A stretch of DNA of 64,000 nt. Source: Lingula anatina. Lineage: Eukaryota > Animalia > Brachiopoda. Each line of letters starts with the position of its first letter. Position 1 is the first letter of the stretch. This document shows, in pieces, positions 12,410 to 25,097 of the stretch. Under the pieces are notes generated by a model. It made no database searches. It had not been told where the DNA came from and saw nothing but the letters and a program-made list of their open reading frames with translations. The stretch is from positions 17,026,651-17,090,650 of the forward strand of contig CM120647.1 of the NCBI GenBank assembly GCA_051362555.1, written 5' to 3'. The position numbers and the translations under genes are program-made.

Positions 12410-14933
12410 ACAACATTCTATGATTTCCCAATCAATCCTCCCCCAGGTCTCCGTGGCCTGCTCCTGTCCGTGATGATGGCGGCCGTGGTGAGCACCCTGA
12501 CCTCAGTCTTCAACAGTGCCAGCACCATCTTCACACTGGATATATGGCGGCGGTTCCGCAAGTCTGCCACCAATGTAGAGATGCTCATTGTAGGAAGGTA
12601 AGTCCATGTGGGTACTTTCAAACCAGACTCTGACCTCCCTCCCCCTTTTCAATTTCTGAAAAAAAAAAAAAAACACCAATACCCCCCTCCCTTGAAAACA
12701 CCCACAGCCTGTTTTTCCTTAAAAATCGACCCCCCCCCCCCTTTCAAATAATCCCAGATCCGCCCCTGCATACAGTCAGTGGTGGTTCTTTGGTAAAAGT
12801 GAAGATAAGTGGGGTACTAACCAAGGCACAGGTGTTCTTCATATTTGTCTGATGATTCTTTCAGTTTGATATGTCTTTTTCATTTCTAATAATTATTTTT
12901 ATTCGTCAAACAATAATTCTTGTTGTAGAAAATATTTGTGCTCCGGCCTCTTCTTTCAAAGTAACACATTATTCAAACCTTATATTTCCCTGCTACAGTC
13001 TGTTTTATTTGCTTACCCTTCGTCTCAGATATCACTGGAAGCTAACCTACTTGTTACGTATGGGCGTGCATTTGTCGCTCGGTAATGGTGTTAAGTTGCC
13101 AGCAATATCCGATTCTCAGGGTGCTGTTTTACCACCTCCAACATGCCACAGGTATTTGAAAACATATGACACTTACGTGCCTCCTTTTCATCTTCTTATT
13201 CTTCTAATTTTTTCAAATGTTCCAGAGTATTTGTAGTATTTTTATTCGTCATTGCCGTCCTGTGGATGCCAGTGATGTCTTCGTCACAGGGAGGACAGTT
13301 GTACCAATACTCTGCCTCATTTATAGGTTACTTCCAGAGTCCAGCCTGTGCCATATACCTCCTCTCCGTGCTGTGGCCAAGGACAACAGAACCGGTATTT
13401 CTAAACTTTCATAATATAATTGCGTTTTCGATAAGCTTGGCTCAAAAACTAATCAAATAAATTAACACTTAAGTACAGTCAGTGTTTTAAAAGACGATAA
13501 AAATATAAATAAATCAATTGATAAAATAAAATAAATAGATAAATAAATAGATAGATAAATACATGAAAGAATGAATAAATAAATGAAAATGAAGATAAAA
13601 CATAAAGAAAAATACATAATTATTAAAACAATCTCGTTTCAGGGTGCTTTTTATGGAATGTTACTGGGGCAGGTGGTCGGAGTGGTCAGGTTTATCCTGG
13701 ACTTTGTCTACCCGGCTCCGGGCTGTGGTGAGGTAGACACACGGCCAGTGATAGTGACCGGAATACACTATCTCTACTTTGCCGTGATGCAGGCTGGGAT
13801 AGCTGCCGTGTCCGCTATATTGATCAGTCTTCTGACCACCCCTCCGACTGCAGCGCAGGTGATGGTTTTAAACCTTTTTTAAAATTTATTTATATGTGGA
13901 AGTGAGATTAAAATGATTTTGATAAAATTGTGTAATCTCGTCTCATTTAAATTGTCTTTGGAATATATCAATAAGGGAAATTAGCCACAAAATAAAGATG
14001 TGTTGACAACACATTTTTCTTTTTGATTAATTTTCTTTACTGTTTTTGTATTATTATGCCACATTGTGATTAAATACACATAATTAAGAACGTTTTGAAC
14101 AAATTCACATTTAGCTCAAGGACGCCACCTATTGGTCGGCCCGGAAACACCTCAGCGTTGGGTACAGTTATGAGGCAGACAAAAAAGACGAGGCAGAAAA
14201 CATGGAGCTCACTGCAATGAATGGCCAACATTATGGAACAGATACAGAGTCGGAAGACACGCCGGGACAAGGTGATTTTGTTGGTTTGTTTGTGGCAAAA
14301 AAAAAAATACCATAATGAAGAGAGCAAGATTTGATTTTGAACAAATCTCAGCGTGATTATATTTAGTGCAAAAAAGAAAAAAAGGTTTTATCCCATTTAC
14401 ACTTTATTTGTTATTAACTGGTGAATTGATAATAGGTGTCTTAATAATAATTATATCTTTACAGCATAAGTTATAGTATAAAAGGAAAGGGGTTTTATCC
14501 CATATACATTTAATCTGATGGTAACCGGTGGGTTGATGGGTGTTTTGAAAATATTTATATCTTCACAGCAAAACTTTTAGTCATACAAAAGAAAAAATAC
14601 ACCACAAAAGAGAAAGAAAAAAATAAATAAAAACAAAAGAAGCTACATGTAGCTATTAAGCTAAACAATAATTTTCAATTCCCAGGGCTCAATTCCAAAG
14701 AAACCATCGTCGCTAAAACAGAATCGAAGTGGAAACACTACCTTAGGATAATCTGTGGGTTAACCAGTGAAGACACCCCCAGTGATACCCCCGGGAAGAC
14801 AGGTGAGTCGGCCACGAACTCCCCAAACCGCGGGAAGGTCGGCGGAGAGCATCCAAGATGGCAGCCAGTGGTCAACGTGTGTGCAATTCTTCTAGTCGGT
14901 CTTTTAATGTTTTTATACGGGTATTTTGCTTAG
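1..14933 (+). CDS. SLC5A-family sodium/glucose or sodium/myo-inositol cotransporter-like (SGLT/SMIT clade), spliced, 5' part outside the window
   Basis: Exons read by hand with GT-AG ends and matching phases: <1-96, 562-621, 1565-1669, 9307-9412, 10318-10398, 10579-10796, 11384-11519, 12045-12152, 12447-12597, 13226-13394, 13643-13858, 14115-14271, 14686-14933 (TAG). SGLT signature peptides: [124 protein letters not shown]-terminal LYGYFA*. Confidence 0.95.
656..838. mobile_element. Palindromic MITE-like element, family B
   Basis: Inverted arms gcattca..agtgga..actagtccg..caaatatggcgacccact / agtgggtcggccatatttg..cggactagt..tccact..tgaatgc; a related copy lies at ~40262-40385. Confidence 0.6.
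934..1058. repeat. GC-rich inverted repeat (~40-bp arms), MITE-like
   Basis: ggtctctctgcctctcacactcctccccacgcgt / acgcgtggggaggcgtgtgagaggcgaagagacc. Confidence 0.6.
2098..7852 (+). mobile_element. Composite non-autonomous Helentron-associated element (HINE/DINE-1-like) with an internal ~161-bp satellite, in the SLC5A intron
   Basis: 5' heads (T-run + tgtacagacac-agat-gtgtctgtaca hairpin + (GTCGCC)n microsatellite) at ~2098, ~4030 and ~4569. 161-bp monomers start at 2197, 2358, 2519, 2680, 2841 and recur at ~4118-5100. The 3' end at 7819-7852 has a second subterminal repeat (tgtctgtaca), a short stem-loop (cagc-ttt-gctg) and ttgttt. Confidence 0.75.
7057..7284 (+). mobile_element. Small HINE/MITE of the 'ttacctccgccaaggaggtta' family, nested in the large element
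   Basis: Begins ttacctc..gccaaggaggtta, carries a GTTT/GTCT microsatellite and ends ccttggcagaggtctgcactctcggagtgc..ctagtt. A second copy lies in reverse at 31766-32002. Confidence 0.75.
9054..9175 (+). promoter_or_regulatory. Putative intronic Pol II core promoter
   Basis: NRF1-like cgcatgcgca (9058), palindromic CRE TGACGTCA (9080), TATAAAAG (9139), Inr-like TCAGTT (9164) and TCAGTG (9170) at roughly canonical spacing from the TATA box. Confidence 0.4.
9458..9706. mobile_element. Palindromic MITE-like element, family A, copy 1
   Basis: Long imperfect inverted arms (ctaaattgctatcaactta..ggcttaaatg.ctgtca / tgacagacatttaagccggctaagttgatagcaatttag); homologous to 32640-32896 and 36459-36717. 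Confidence 0.7.
9714..9950. mobile_element. Palindromic MITE-like element related to family A, directly abutting copy 1
   Basis: Inverted repeat ccaactctgcgggggat / atcccctgcagagttgg; internal ggggattctcgct shared with the family A copy at 32686. Confidence 0.5.
10923..11387 (+). repeat. 3 x 155-bp near-perfect tandem duplication that includes the exon 11384 splice acceptor
   Basis: Units start at 10923, 11078 and 11233; each ends gattgtatttcag|ttaa. Confidence 0.9.
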
Positions 14934-14960
14934 GAAGTGAAAGGCCTTTTTATCTTTATT

Positions 14961-14995
<35 letters not shown>

Positions 14996-15783
14996 TTTTT
15001 TATGTTTTTTATTGTTGTTTCCATTTTTTGTTTTATTTATCTACTTATCTATGTATTTTTTATATTTGTAGAAGCTATGATCGCTGAGCATGGTCACTTA
15101 AGTACAAAACACAATATTTACGTTTTGTTGTTACAATTTTTAGACACGGTGATATTTTTTTCATCACCATTCAGAAGTAAAAGCATGGCATTTCAGTTAC
15201 GTGAACAAACGGGGCATTAGAGCTTCCACTGTTGAACGCGGAACTAGTCCTTAACTCTGTGGCTGTAAGAAAGTCGGTTAGATTGAATGATTCTTGGATT
15301 CTATGATCGGAATCAGAACAGTATATTGTTATGAGACAAAACAATTATTTCATATTTGATTATTGCTTCATCTATTCATGTGCTTCAGTGACTGACCAAA
15401 GAGAATGTTAGAATTATGAATTATAACTTAATAATTGGAGTCGAATGAACATTACACAATCATCATTGCGTGATCCATTAATATCATTAACAGATACGTT
15501 CATAATGTTATTGCAATGCATTGGATATTTGTTATTTTTTATAATTAAGCTTTTATACTGAAGAATTCCAGTGCATTTTTGCACTAATGCAGATGTCAAA
15601 TAAATGATCAACGCCGTAGTGGTTATTTGCCTGTGTGAAGCGTCTTCATATTGAACGGGAGAAGGGGAGACAGGGTGGATACGGGGAAGAAGGGGTAAGA
15701 AGGTGGGTATGGGGGCGGGGTAGAGTGCTACGGGCACGCACAGAGGTGGAACTGATGTTTCCCTTTATACCTCATACTCTACT

Positions 15784-15832
<49 letters not shown>

Positions 15833-17137
15833 CATTGATAATAATGAATTGTTTTTTATTTTAAAAAGGAAGAAGAGAAAAACATAACTCCAGGATCCAC
15901 CTATGGATATATAATGTTTGATAAACATTTAGATATATGCTTAGCGTTTACATTCTTTCTCGCTGTTTCGCGTCATTGTGCAAACTCAACCTTTCTCAAG
16001 AGGTTTATTTCAGTGAGAAAAGTGCACGATGTCATTTAAAGCAACAAGTCGAGCTAAAAATTCCTCGTGAATAATAGTGCAAATCAACTTAACCGGTGCT
16101 AATATTGTATAAATAGTTCTGTCAACACATACTCGGCCGTGTGCTCACAGCCTGTTGACATTAGGTGTTGTGTTAAAGAACAAACCGCCAATGTGGCCGA
16201 CACAATTGTCACTTCTCATCTATCGCATTCTGCATTGAAGCTTTCCGTTTACTTACATTTTGACCTGGGTGAGGGGAACCAGCGACCGTTACGAAATAAT
16301 GATTTAAGGACAGTAAAGTAACAAGAACTCGTATGTATTGTATTTAAGGTATCAAAACCCACTTTGTGCCAATCTACCGTACATGATATAAGATTTGTAA
16401 GAAAACTAGGTCACCCGGAGCGTACAAACTGATAAGGGGTCCCAGACAGCTGGCACAGGTGACGGAGGGTACACACACCATACGTTACTCAGTAGAGCAA
16501 GAAGTGAGGACATCTCACCACTTTCTTGGATCATGTCACCATTCAAGTGAAACTTCGCACTTTTACAACACTGTGTGGCTCTTTACTGAACCCCCCCCCC
16601 TCAACCCAGTGGTGATCAGAGACAAAGAAGTCAAGGTCGGTGGAGGGTGTGTCAGGGTGTAATGGGGAATTAGGAGGCCTCCTGGAACATGCTCTGACAC
16701 ATTAATTCCCGGTGTTTGTGACCCGGTGCTTCTGTGTAGACGACCACGAAAGAGGAACAGAGGGTGGCAAGCAAATAGGAGCAAGTTGACAATCTGATAA
16801 AAGTATTCTGTTGATGTCTCGAGCTCGTATTGATCTACTTGTTGACATGATAGCCCCGATCTAGGAGTCGATCTAGGGTGGGCGAGGTAGTCAACGGTGT
16901 GCACGGTAATCTGTAAGCGAAGCTGAGATCTGTAGCAGCAAGGACAGACGGTGACTCGGTATTCACCTCCCTTTCTAACCACTGCAGGACCCAACATTAC
17001 TCCCACTAGCCCAACTAAGAGCCCGGAATCCAAGGGACAGGGCCTTAATGTCCGCTAAGGCCAAGTAACACTTTCTACCACCCTCCTTCGTGTATAGAAT
17101 ACGTAGTGGTCTTCTCACAACTCTCGCCGTGGCCAAG

Positions 17138-18898
17138 ATGTTGTCACATTCAGCTCTGGCGGCCTTGTTTGCTGTCGCTGTGGTCTTTGGTCGGATGGGA
17201 CTCCTTATTTCTACCCCGCTGTGGATCGACAGCATTCATGTGGCCAAACTCATCACGAATGCTTCCATTGGAAATGACTCCGGAGAGGAGATGATGACCC
17301 CTTTGGTAATTTATGAATATATTTATTCGTTCTTCCATTTCTTAATGATGATGCTGCTGGTGACACTATTAAATTATTGAGTTTTGTTGCATTCTACATA
17401 CTGAGCTGAAGCAGGTTCAAATAAAGCATACCCTAAGACCAAATCTGATTGGATAAATAAATGATGAAGGTTCGGTACTCTCCAAAATTCTAACAGAATC
17501 ATAGAAAAAATATCTTTCAGTATATATATCCATAGATACCCCTGGCTATCCAGTGTGGATTTTATTTTTTGCTCACAGTGACGTCATCTGGTAAAGGGCA
17601 TGTGTTCTCTACCGTAGGGCCCATTGCCAATGAAGCTATTATTCTACGAAGATCGATCCAAACCTGCGGGTACTTTCAGTGAAGGTAATCATATAAACAG
17701 ATGAACACCTAATCACCTGACACCAGCTTTGTTGTACTCTACACAACGCCGGAGGGGGGGTGTTATTCTGAGTTGGATCGATCTACGTTGCATTGGGAAT
17801 GAGCTCATACGGTGTATTGTCATGACAGTGACATTCGCTAAATTTACTTGTGTAATAGACATGAAGATTAAGCGGTCAACGCGATACCGAGAAATCATTA
17901 ACTTACGAATGACGACAGAAACCAATACCTTAATGCCGGCGTGACAGAAATGGTACTCCGCTAGGAACCGTGGTCTGTTCCCCAATAATTTGTAATAACC
18001 CCAGTACACCCACTAACCCTAACCTGTACGAATCGTACGGGACCCCGGACCCCCATTCCTAGGACTACATGTACCATCCCTTTCACACCTGCTTTATGCA
18101 GACTTCAATACAGCGTCGCACGCTGATTTTTTTTTTTTTTTGGTTTATTGGATACTCAAAGTTTCCAGCATGACAGTTCACATAATGCTCAGAGCTACTG
18201 TCTTACGTATTATTCCGTATTGTAAACCTGCGCCGTTTGTTATCAATATTTTTTGCCCTGACGGAAACTTTTGGATGTATGGTGTGATGTTTCCTACAGT
18301 ACGTTTTCCATGTCATCTGTGTTCCATTTACTCATGTTCAAACCTTTGTTTTCATTTTTCTTATTTATGAACATAATTCTTTTATTTTTAAATTTCTGAT
18401 ATTTATTTAATTGTCAGGATCACTGGGACCTCCAGTACACCCGTTTGCTAGCAGGCGACAACGATGGTCAGTCAATCAATCACGGGACGCCTGACATCAT
18501 CAGCCCTTATTTCGTCATCTTAGCGCAAAACTTCTGCGCAGTCGTCGTCACCGGAATAATTCTCCTAACAGTGCGTATAAAATCCCCGGAAAAGATCGGG
18601 GAACGGGAACGGAATTATCCGAAGAAATACTTTGTTGTGATTGGCTTCTCTGGAGGGCTTTCATTTCTGATGAGCACGTCGTCCGTCAGTGGAACAAGAA
18701 CTGCCCCCTATCTGCAAGCTATTCTTGCCAACTTTAATATACCTATCACCTTCATTGTCAGGTAAGACGGCAAAGGGGTTACTTGAAAGAACGGAATATT
18801 GAAAGGGGGGAGGGTGGAGGATAATAATAATAATAATAATAATAATAATCTAATTTAAAAGTATGCTTTTCTTGGTGACACTGATCATATTTTAAAAA

Positions 18899-18947
<49 letters not shown>

Positions 18948-21900
18948 TTGAATTAGAGAAGACAGGTATTGGCTTGGTGTGTCGTTGTGGGGATAGGGCC
19001 GAAATAAAATATGGGGTCGTAATTTGTATTTCTATCAACACTTGTATTATGGGGCGGGTGTAGAAGCATTTCATATTGTCACTGTTCACCTCTTCAGTTT
19101 ACATTAACTATAAGATTAAATCTTCGTGTCGCCACGTTTTCTATGGGTTGGATGACAAAAACGTCCAGTATGAACGAATTTCGGTTTTTGGGTTTTAAAT
19201 AGTGTATGATAAATAATAGATGAAACAGAAAATAAAAGTACACTTTTCATTATTTTTATCTTAATAATGTACAGTAGATATTTATATTTTTGTTCTATTA
19301 ATAAGATAAAATTGTTTTGATAATTTATGGACAATAACAGCATGTAGAGTGGTTTTGGTTGTCGTATCATGTCGTTGAATCATCTCTAATTCTAGATTAC
19401 TACCTTTATGTTTTTTCCTGATGAATAAGAAGACTACATGTAACTCTGTAGGTAGTAAAAGAAGGAAACTGTCCACCAAATTATGTAAATCACACAGTAT
19501 CACGACAGCCACGTTTCTGATTGTTTTCAGATTCATACTCCTCCGGAAGCGGCCTACTCTGCGCAAATTTATCTGCGCACTGGTCGTAATGGCGGCCGAG
19601 TTCGTCTGTTTGTTAACCACCATATTTCCACGCCTGGAAAATAAAGAAGAAAATGAGATAGAGGGAGGACAACAGAGTGGACCGGGAAGAATTTTATGGC
19701 CACTGTTACTAGTGGGATCAATGGTTGGTTCTTAGGTTTCTTTATTTTTTATAATCTCACTATATTTACAATTATAACAATTTTTTTTTATTTTACATGC
19801 GTATCAATCAGTCTCTAATATATGTTGTTATTATTTATTATTTTCATAAAAAAAAACAAAATGCAATCATTTATTTTTATAAGGATAAAAATTTATAGTT
19901 TAAATCTTTTGAGTTTCCTAACGTTTTGTAAAATGTGCTGTGAAAATTTTGGTGTAAAACAAAACGAAATTACATGCAGATATTAAAGCAATTGCATATA
20001 TATGTAAACTAATATATCTGATTTTTGTAACATTAAAATAATATTAATGGATTTTACGCAGTCCAAAAAAAAAATAAATAAAATAATAATAATAATAATG
20101 ATAAATAATAATAAATAAATAAACATGCTTCAGGTCGGTAAACTACCATAAAGAATTAATGCAACTGATTAAACATGCCAAATTGAAGTCCAACATATCT
20201 ATACGCACTCAATATGCTAAATTAACGTTTTGCTGAATATAAAAAATGACCAAATTTTCTTAATATTTGCTTTTCAACTTTGACAGATTCCGTTTGCAAT
20301 TGCAAACACAATTACAGAGAAAGCAACCAAGGATGGGCACAGGAAACAAGAACAGTTGTCTGACGACAGCTCGCCAGAACAGTCCCAAAACTCCCCAGTA
20401 GTCTCGGCAAACGAACTGAACATGGCTTATGTCTTGTTCTGGAATTTTTTCTGTACATTTGTGATTGTGTTGCTGCTGTTCTGGGTCGAGGTTATCCCTG
20501 GCTTTGGGACTGTGGACAGCATGGGGCATTTCTTGGACAGGTATGAGAACACGTGACTTCCGGTTGTGTGATTTTCATTACATGAATTTATGTTGCGCAT
20601 GCTGAATGGCAAAACATAATATAGATACAGTTACCGAAAAGACAAATCGTTTTTCACTTTGTATGAACTTTTCTGCCACTAGAGAACATTAAACCTATTT
20701 CGCCTTATATTCGAGTATATTTTTGTTTTACACCCGATCAAAATTAGAATATAAAAGATCATTAAAAGTGCAATGTGCATCTTATATAGTTTTCAGCAAA
20801 CAAAGTTCAAATTCTAGAGAATCATGTCTGCATAAAGGTGGACTATTATTCTTGTGTAGGATAAGTAGATGCAGAGCAACCACTAGTAATAAAAAACTGC
20901 CATCTTTTTTCGGTTTAAAGACGGGCAAGGTTTTTATGCTATTTGTCTTTAATTTCCCGTGTGATTTTCAGCATGGAGTACAATTTGCTCTGTTCGCTGT
21001 CCGTGTCTGGTACAGAGTGCCACTGGTATGAAACATTAATGTCCACTGGCTCCATTGTCTGTTATGCAACCAGCATGGCCGCCATTGCCTTTCTTCTGCG
21101 GTTTGGAGAGGGAGCAAATTACCTGGCAATAGTTCTGGTAAGCCTGCTATGTATGATTTTTTTTACTTTTCTCGCTTTCTTTCTTTATTTCTTACATTCT
21201 TGGTTTTACAATGCAGCACTTTTTTGTGATTTACAAAGCCTTAACAGAGGGCACATTCTGTTGCGATATGTCTGTCCCGTTTATACATAAACACGAAAGA
21301 AAATGCATGTGATTAAACAGAATTGTTCCTTATTTAGAGACTAAATATTATGAGTCAAAATCGGCGTTCAGGTCCACCATCTTTGGACTTCGGTCACTTG
21401 AATGGTCATCTAGCGCCTAAGTCATCTACTGTGAAAAACATCTTCCATTGTGTCATTCACGGGGTTGTACATATTTTCTTTCGCTCTTGTGGTACATGTA
21501 GATAGTATAATATCCAGATTTCAGTAGGGGTTGCAGTTCTATAAGAAGCTATGGTACGCAGGTTTTAAATACGACTTCCCAAGCAAGGAAGGAACGTTTT
21601 TTTCTACAGTCCATGTCACGAGTTAAGCGTGTTCTGTTGGCATTATGGAACATATTTCAACGTGCACAAAAGGAAGTGGCAAAGCAACCACGTGCTCGTA
21701 TCCTTTGCAAATGCTAATCTCACGTAAGCGTGGACTTTATGCTTTGAAACAGATAGCTAGGTATGCGCCTTCGCTAAATGTTAGGGGAAGGAAGTGCATG
21801 TTTGTTACTGCATAGCTGACATTTGGCGGGTGCGGAGTCAAGTTACAAAGCAAAACTGATATATGTCAAACCTTACTAAAAACATTTAACATTAAACCTT

Positions 21901-23326
21901 AATTGCCTGATTTGTTTACAAGAAAGGATGTGCAAAATGTCAACAGGCATCAGTTTTAATCACCAACAATTAAGCAATGTTAATCTCGTCGCTTGCAGGC
22001 TTGCCTTGCCTGTATGTCTGAAGAATCGCCAAACTATGATTAAGGGTATTTTGTCATAATTTAGTAATTTATTGAGTATGGATAGCCAAGGCAAATTCAG
22101 ATTTATAATCATCGAATCTTCTTGTCGTATTGTAGTTATCAATAATGGATCGTTGTCCTGTTTAAATAAGTGATGGGACTTGCCTATGTATAGATAACGT
22201 ATTACAAATTAATTTATGCCCTCCTCGAATTCAACCCAAATGATGTTAAAAATATATTAAATTTCTAACAGTAAGCTATCCCAGTCAGTGCTTGACACTG
22301 CTACAAGTCAAATTAGTCAATATCAAATTCAGATCCGTGGTCTCTACATTCATAACATTAAAATATTACATCTTTACGATTGCGTATAACAGGACAGCAG
22401 TCTCTCTCTCTCTCTCTCTCTCGTATTAATTGTTAATCGATAATGTCCCTGTTTTTACTGGCCTTAAACCATCTCGTTAATAATTCACAACAATTTATTT
22501 TCTATTTTAATTCGTCTTTACTGATTCCATGTCACCTCGCCCCTGTTTCAGACTGTCCGCACGCCGCTGTTGTTCCTTTTCTGGACCCTATTTGAAGAAT
22601 CTCCGTTTCAGTGGTACCCTCACGTGGGGCTTAGCACGTGGCTTAGCATAGGTGCCATGTGCGTCATGCTACCGGCGGTTTACATATATAACACTGGGTA
22701 AGACTTTGACCAATTTTATCCTTGAATTTTAACTGGTTTTAATCTGCAGGTTTACCTTCAGTGTATGCGTAACGGTATCCGGTGTTTTGGCTTGATTATT
22801 AAATGCCATTTTCATTTAACATTTACTTCACTTGTTACAGTATATACTCTGCTAGTAGAGGACGTTTATCATTTCTCATTATTTTCTGTGCACAATAATA
22901 CTTTTAGATATTTTGTCGTGATTCGGCTTCTTTCCATCACTAAATAATCTTTGGCTAGCAATAGACAAGTGCAGATTATAATGGGATTTCAAGATTAGAT
23001 TGATAACTGTAATAGCTTTATGTCCATTATGATGATAAATATTGTCAATCTTGTATTTATACTGATACTGATGCACTTCCCTCCTCTTGGTTTTCTAGCT
23101 ATTAGTCACAATGTGTGCTGATATGTCCCATTGCATTTTATTACAAAATATTCGCTTGTTGTTTCACAGAGCTCCAGAAAAGACGGTGGTCGTCAGAGGT
23201 CACATCGACGAAGACGCAGCAAATCGTCTGCTGAGCGGCAGTGTCTCCAAAGTCCAGTATCACTCCATAAACCTTATAGATGGCGACGGCTCAGACAGCT
23301 CAAGTAGTGTCACCAGGATAAAATAG
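17138..23326 (+). CDS. CRT-like (chloroquine resistance transporter / CLT family, DMT superfamily) multi-pass membrane protein
   Basis: Exons 17138(ATG)-17305, 18418-18761, 19531-19723, 20287-20540, 20972-21137, 22552-22697, 23170-23326 (TAG); phases consistent. About 10 hydrophobic segments. The motifs SGTRTAPYLQAILANFNIPITFIVRFILLRKRPT, LLFWVEVIPGFG and EGANYLAIV..VRTPL..LFW resemble CRT-like homologs as I recall them. The gene structure is solid; the family call is from memory. Confidence 0.8.
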
Positions 23327-25097
23327 ATGGCGCTGAATTCCAAGTTTCTCCAGCATCGTGCTGTCCAAGGGGCAAAATTTATAAAACGTTATGGGTTTTC
23401 CTAAGGGTTTTCTTTCTAAATGGTATTTGATTCGATTGTATAACATAAGATTATCGGGTCAGACAGCAAGACTGAGATCGGAGTGCGTATTATTCCCGAT
23501 AGATTCTAATTATACTTGCAATAACAGTCCCGTTTCTTTATTATAGGAATTTGAAATGGCTTCGTTTCTAAGAAAAAGCAATAAATTGGGGTTTATGCTA
23601 TCAAGTAATCAACAGAGGTATTTAAAAAAACTCAAGCCTCGGTTTTTGCGACTTTTTGACCAACAATAACTGTGTTAGTGAATTAGAAATGGCGTTGAGT
23701 TAATTATTGAAAGAACAAATGAGATGTTGTATTATATTATTAATTTCTTCTCATGACAGAGTTGCTCGTTTTGGGGTGCCTCGGAGACAGGCAATATAGC
23801 ATTTTTTATATTAAAGTTTCCAGGCCCTTCCGGATAGCGCTTTATTCATGACGTTATCTAACTAACGCAGCATTGACTTACTTCTCTTAACCTGTACATT
23901 TCAACAACATAACCATCAATCTCCCCCTAGTTGGTTTTACATTCCTCGAGCGTCTCTTTTCAAATAACATAAAAATGCAATGCTCCCTAATATCATGTGT
24001 AAAGGGCATGTGCATGTCTTATCATGTGTGTAACGCGGTGGGAGGTCTCATTGCCTCCCAGAAACCTTTCTTGTTGCTGTCAATATCTGAACATTTGGTT
24101 TTTTAACCTTTTATGATGTTAGTTTTGATATCCAATTAAAATGTTCGACTAGGCTAAAAGCTGGAAACCCAACCTGGCCCTTAAACTTTTTTTGTAACTT
24201 GGGTCGAAACACAGCACGTGGGTTATCACATTAACACGAAGGGGGATGTTAATTAAGTTATTCACCTTTAACCATGGTCTTAAGCCGTATCAAATACCAC
24301 GAGGCAAATGTTAAGGAGTGTAAACAAGGTGATGTGTTTTCAAGGTAACATTAAAAGTGCGCATTAATATCATCGTAGCTGTGCGCAAGCAATGAGGGGA
24401 TGGTTAAAAAGGACCGATTGTAGGACTTCTGGGGACTTATCAATATCAATTGCAAATCGTTCAATTTTCCGTCTTTATCGATAGCCCGTGTTTAAATCCC
24501 AAAGATGCCTTCACGATACATCCTTTGAGAATGATATCACAACGCCTGCACTTGCGTTCAAAGTGACTATGCAGCAAGGCGTGCAACCGTTCACTTGGAT
24601 TCAATGGTCGTAAAAACATCCATATTGGGATTTTCTAAAACACGATCGATCGTGTTGGTGAGACACTATTCCTAAATTGTCGACTACGCCATTATCTTTC
24701 CTTGCCAGAATCACACAAATGGTCCCTTTAAAACGACGGCAGGTTTTTTAAAACTTACAAATAAAGAATTCCCATGACGCTTGAACGATTGAGTGGTTTC
24801 TGAAAACGCAAAATGGAATCAGCCACATGTTTATATCTTACAATAAGCAAGCCATATCGAAAAAAATAACATGAAAAGGTTATAAAGGAAACAAGAATGT
24901 CGCAAGGTTCAGTTTGATTAGCGGCCCGACTAAGACATCACATGTTAAAGCAATATTAGTAGCACTTAATGTTTCTCATCGGTTGGGTTGTGGGGGGGGG
25001 GGGATCGAGAAGTTGGGGGGTGTGGATTCACGATTGACACCTCCATGAATGAAACTTAATCTCTCAAACGGGATTTCAACTCTGTCGTTTCCCCTTT

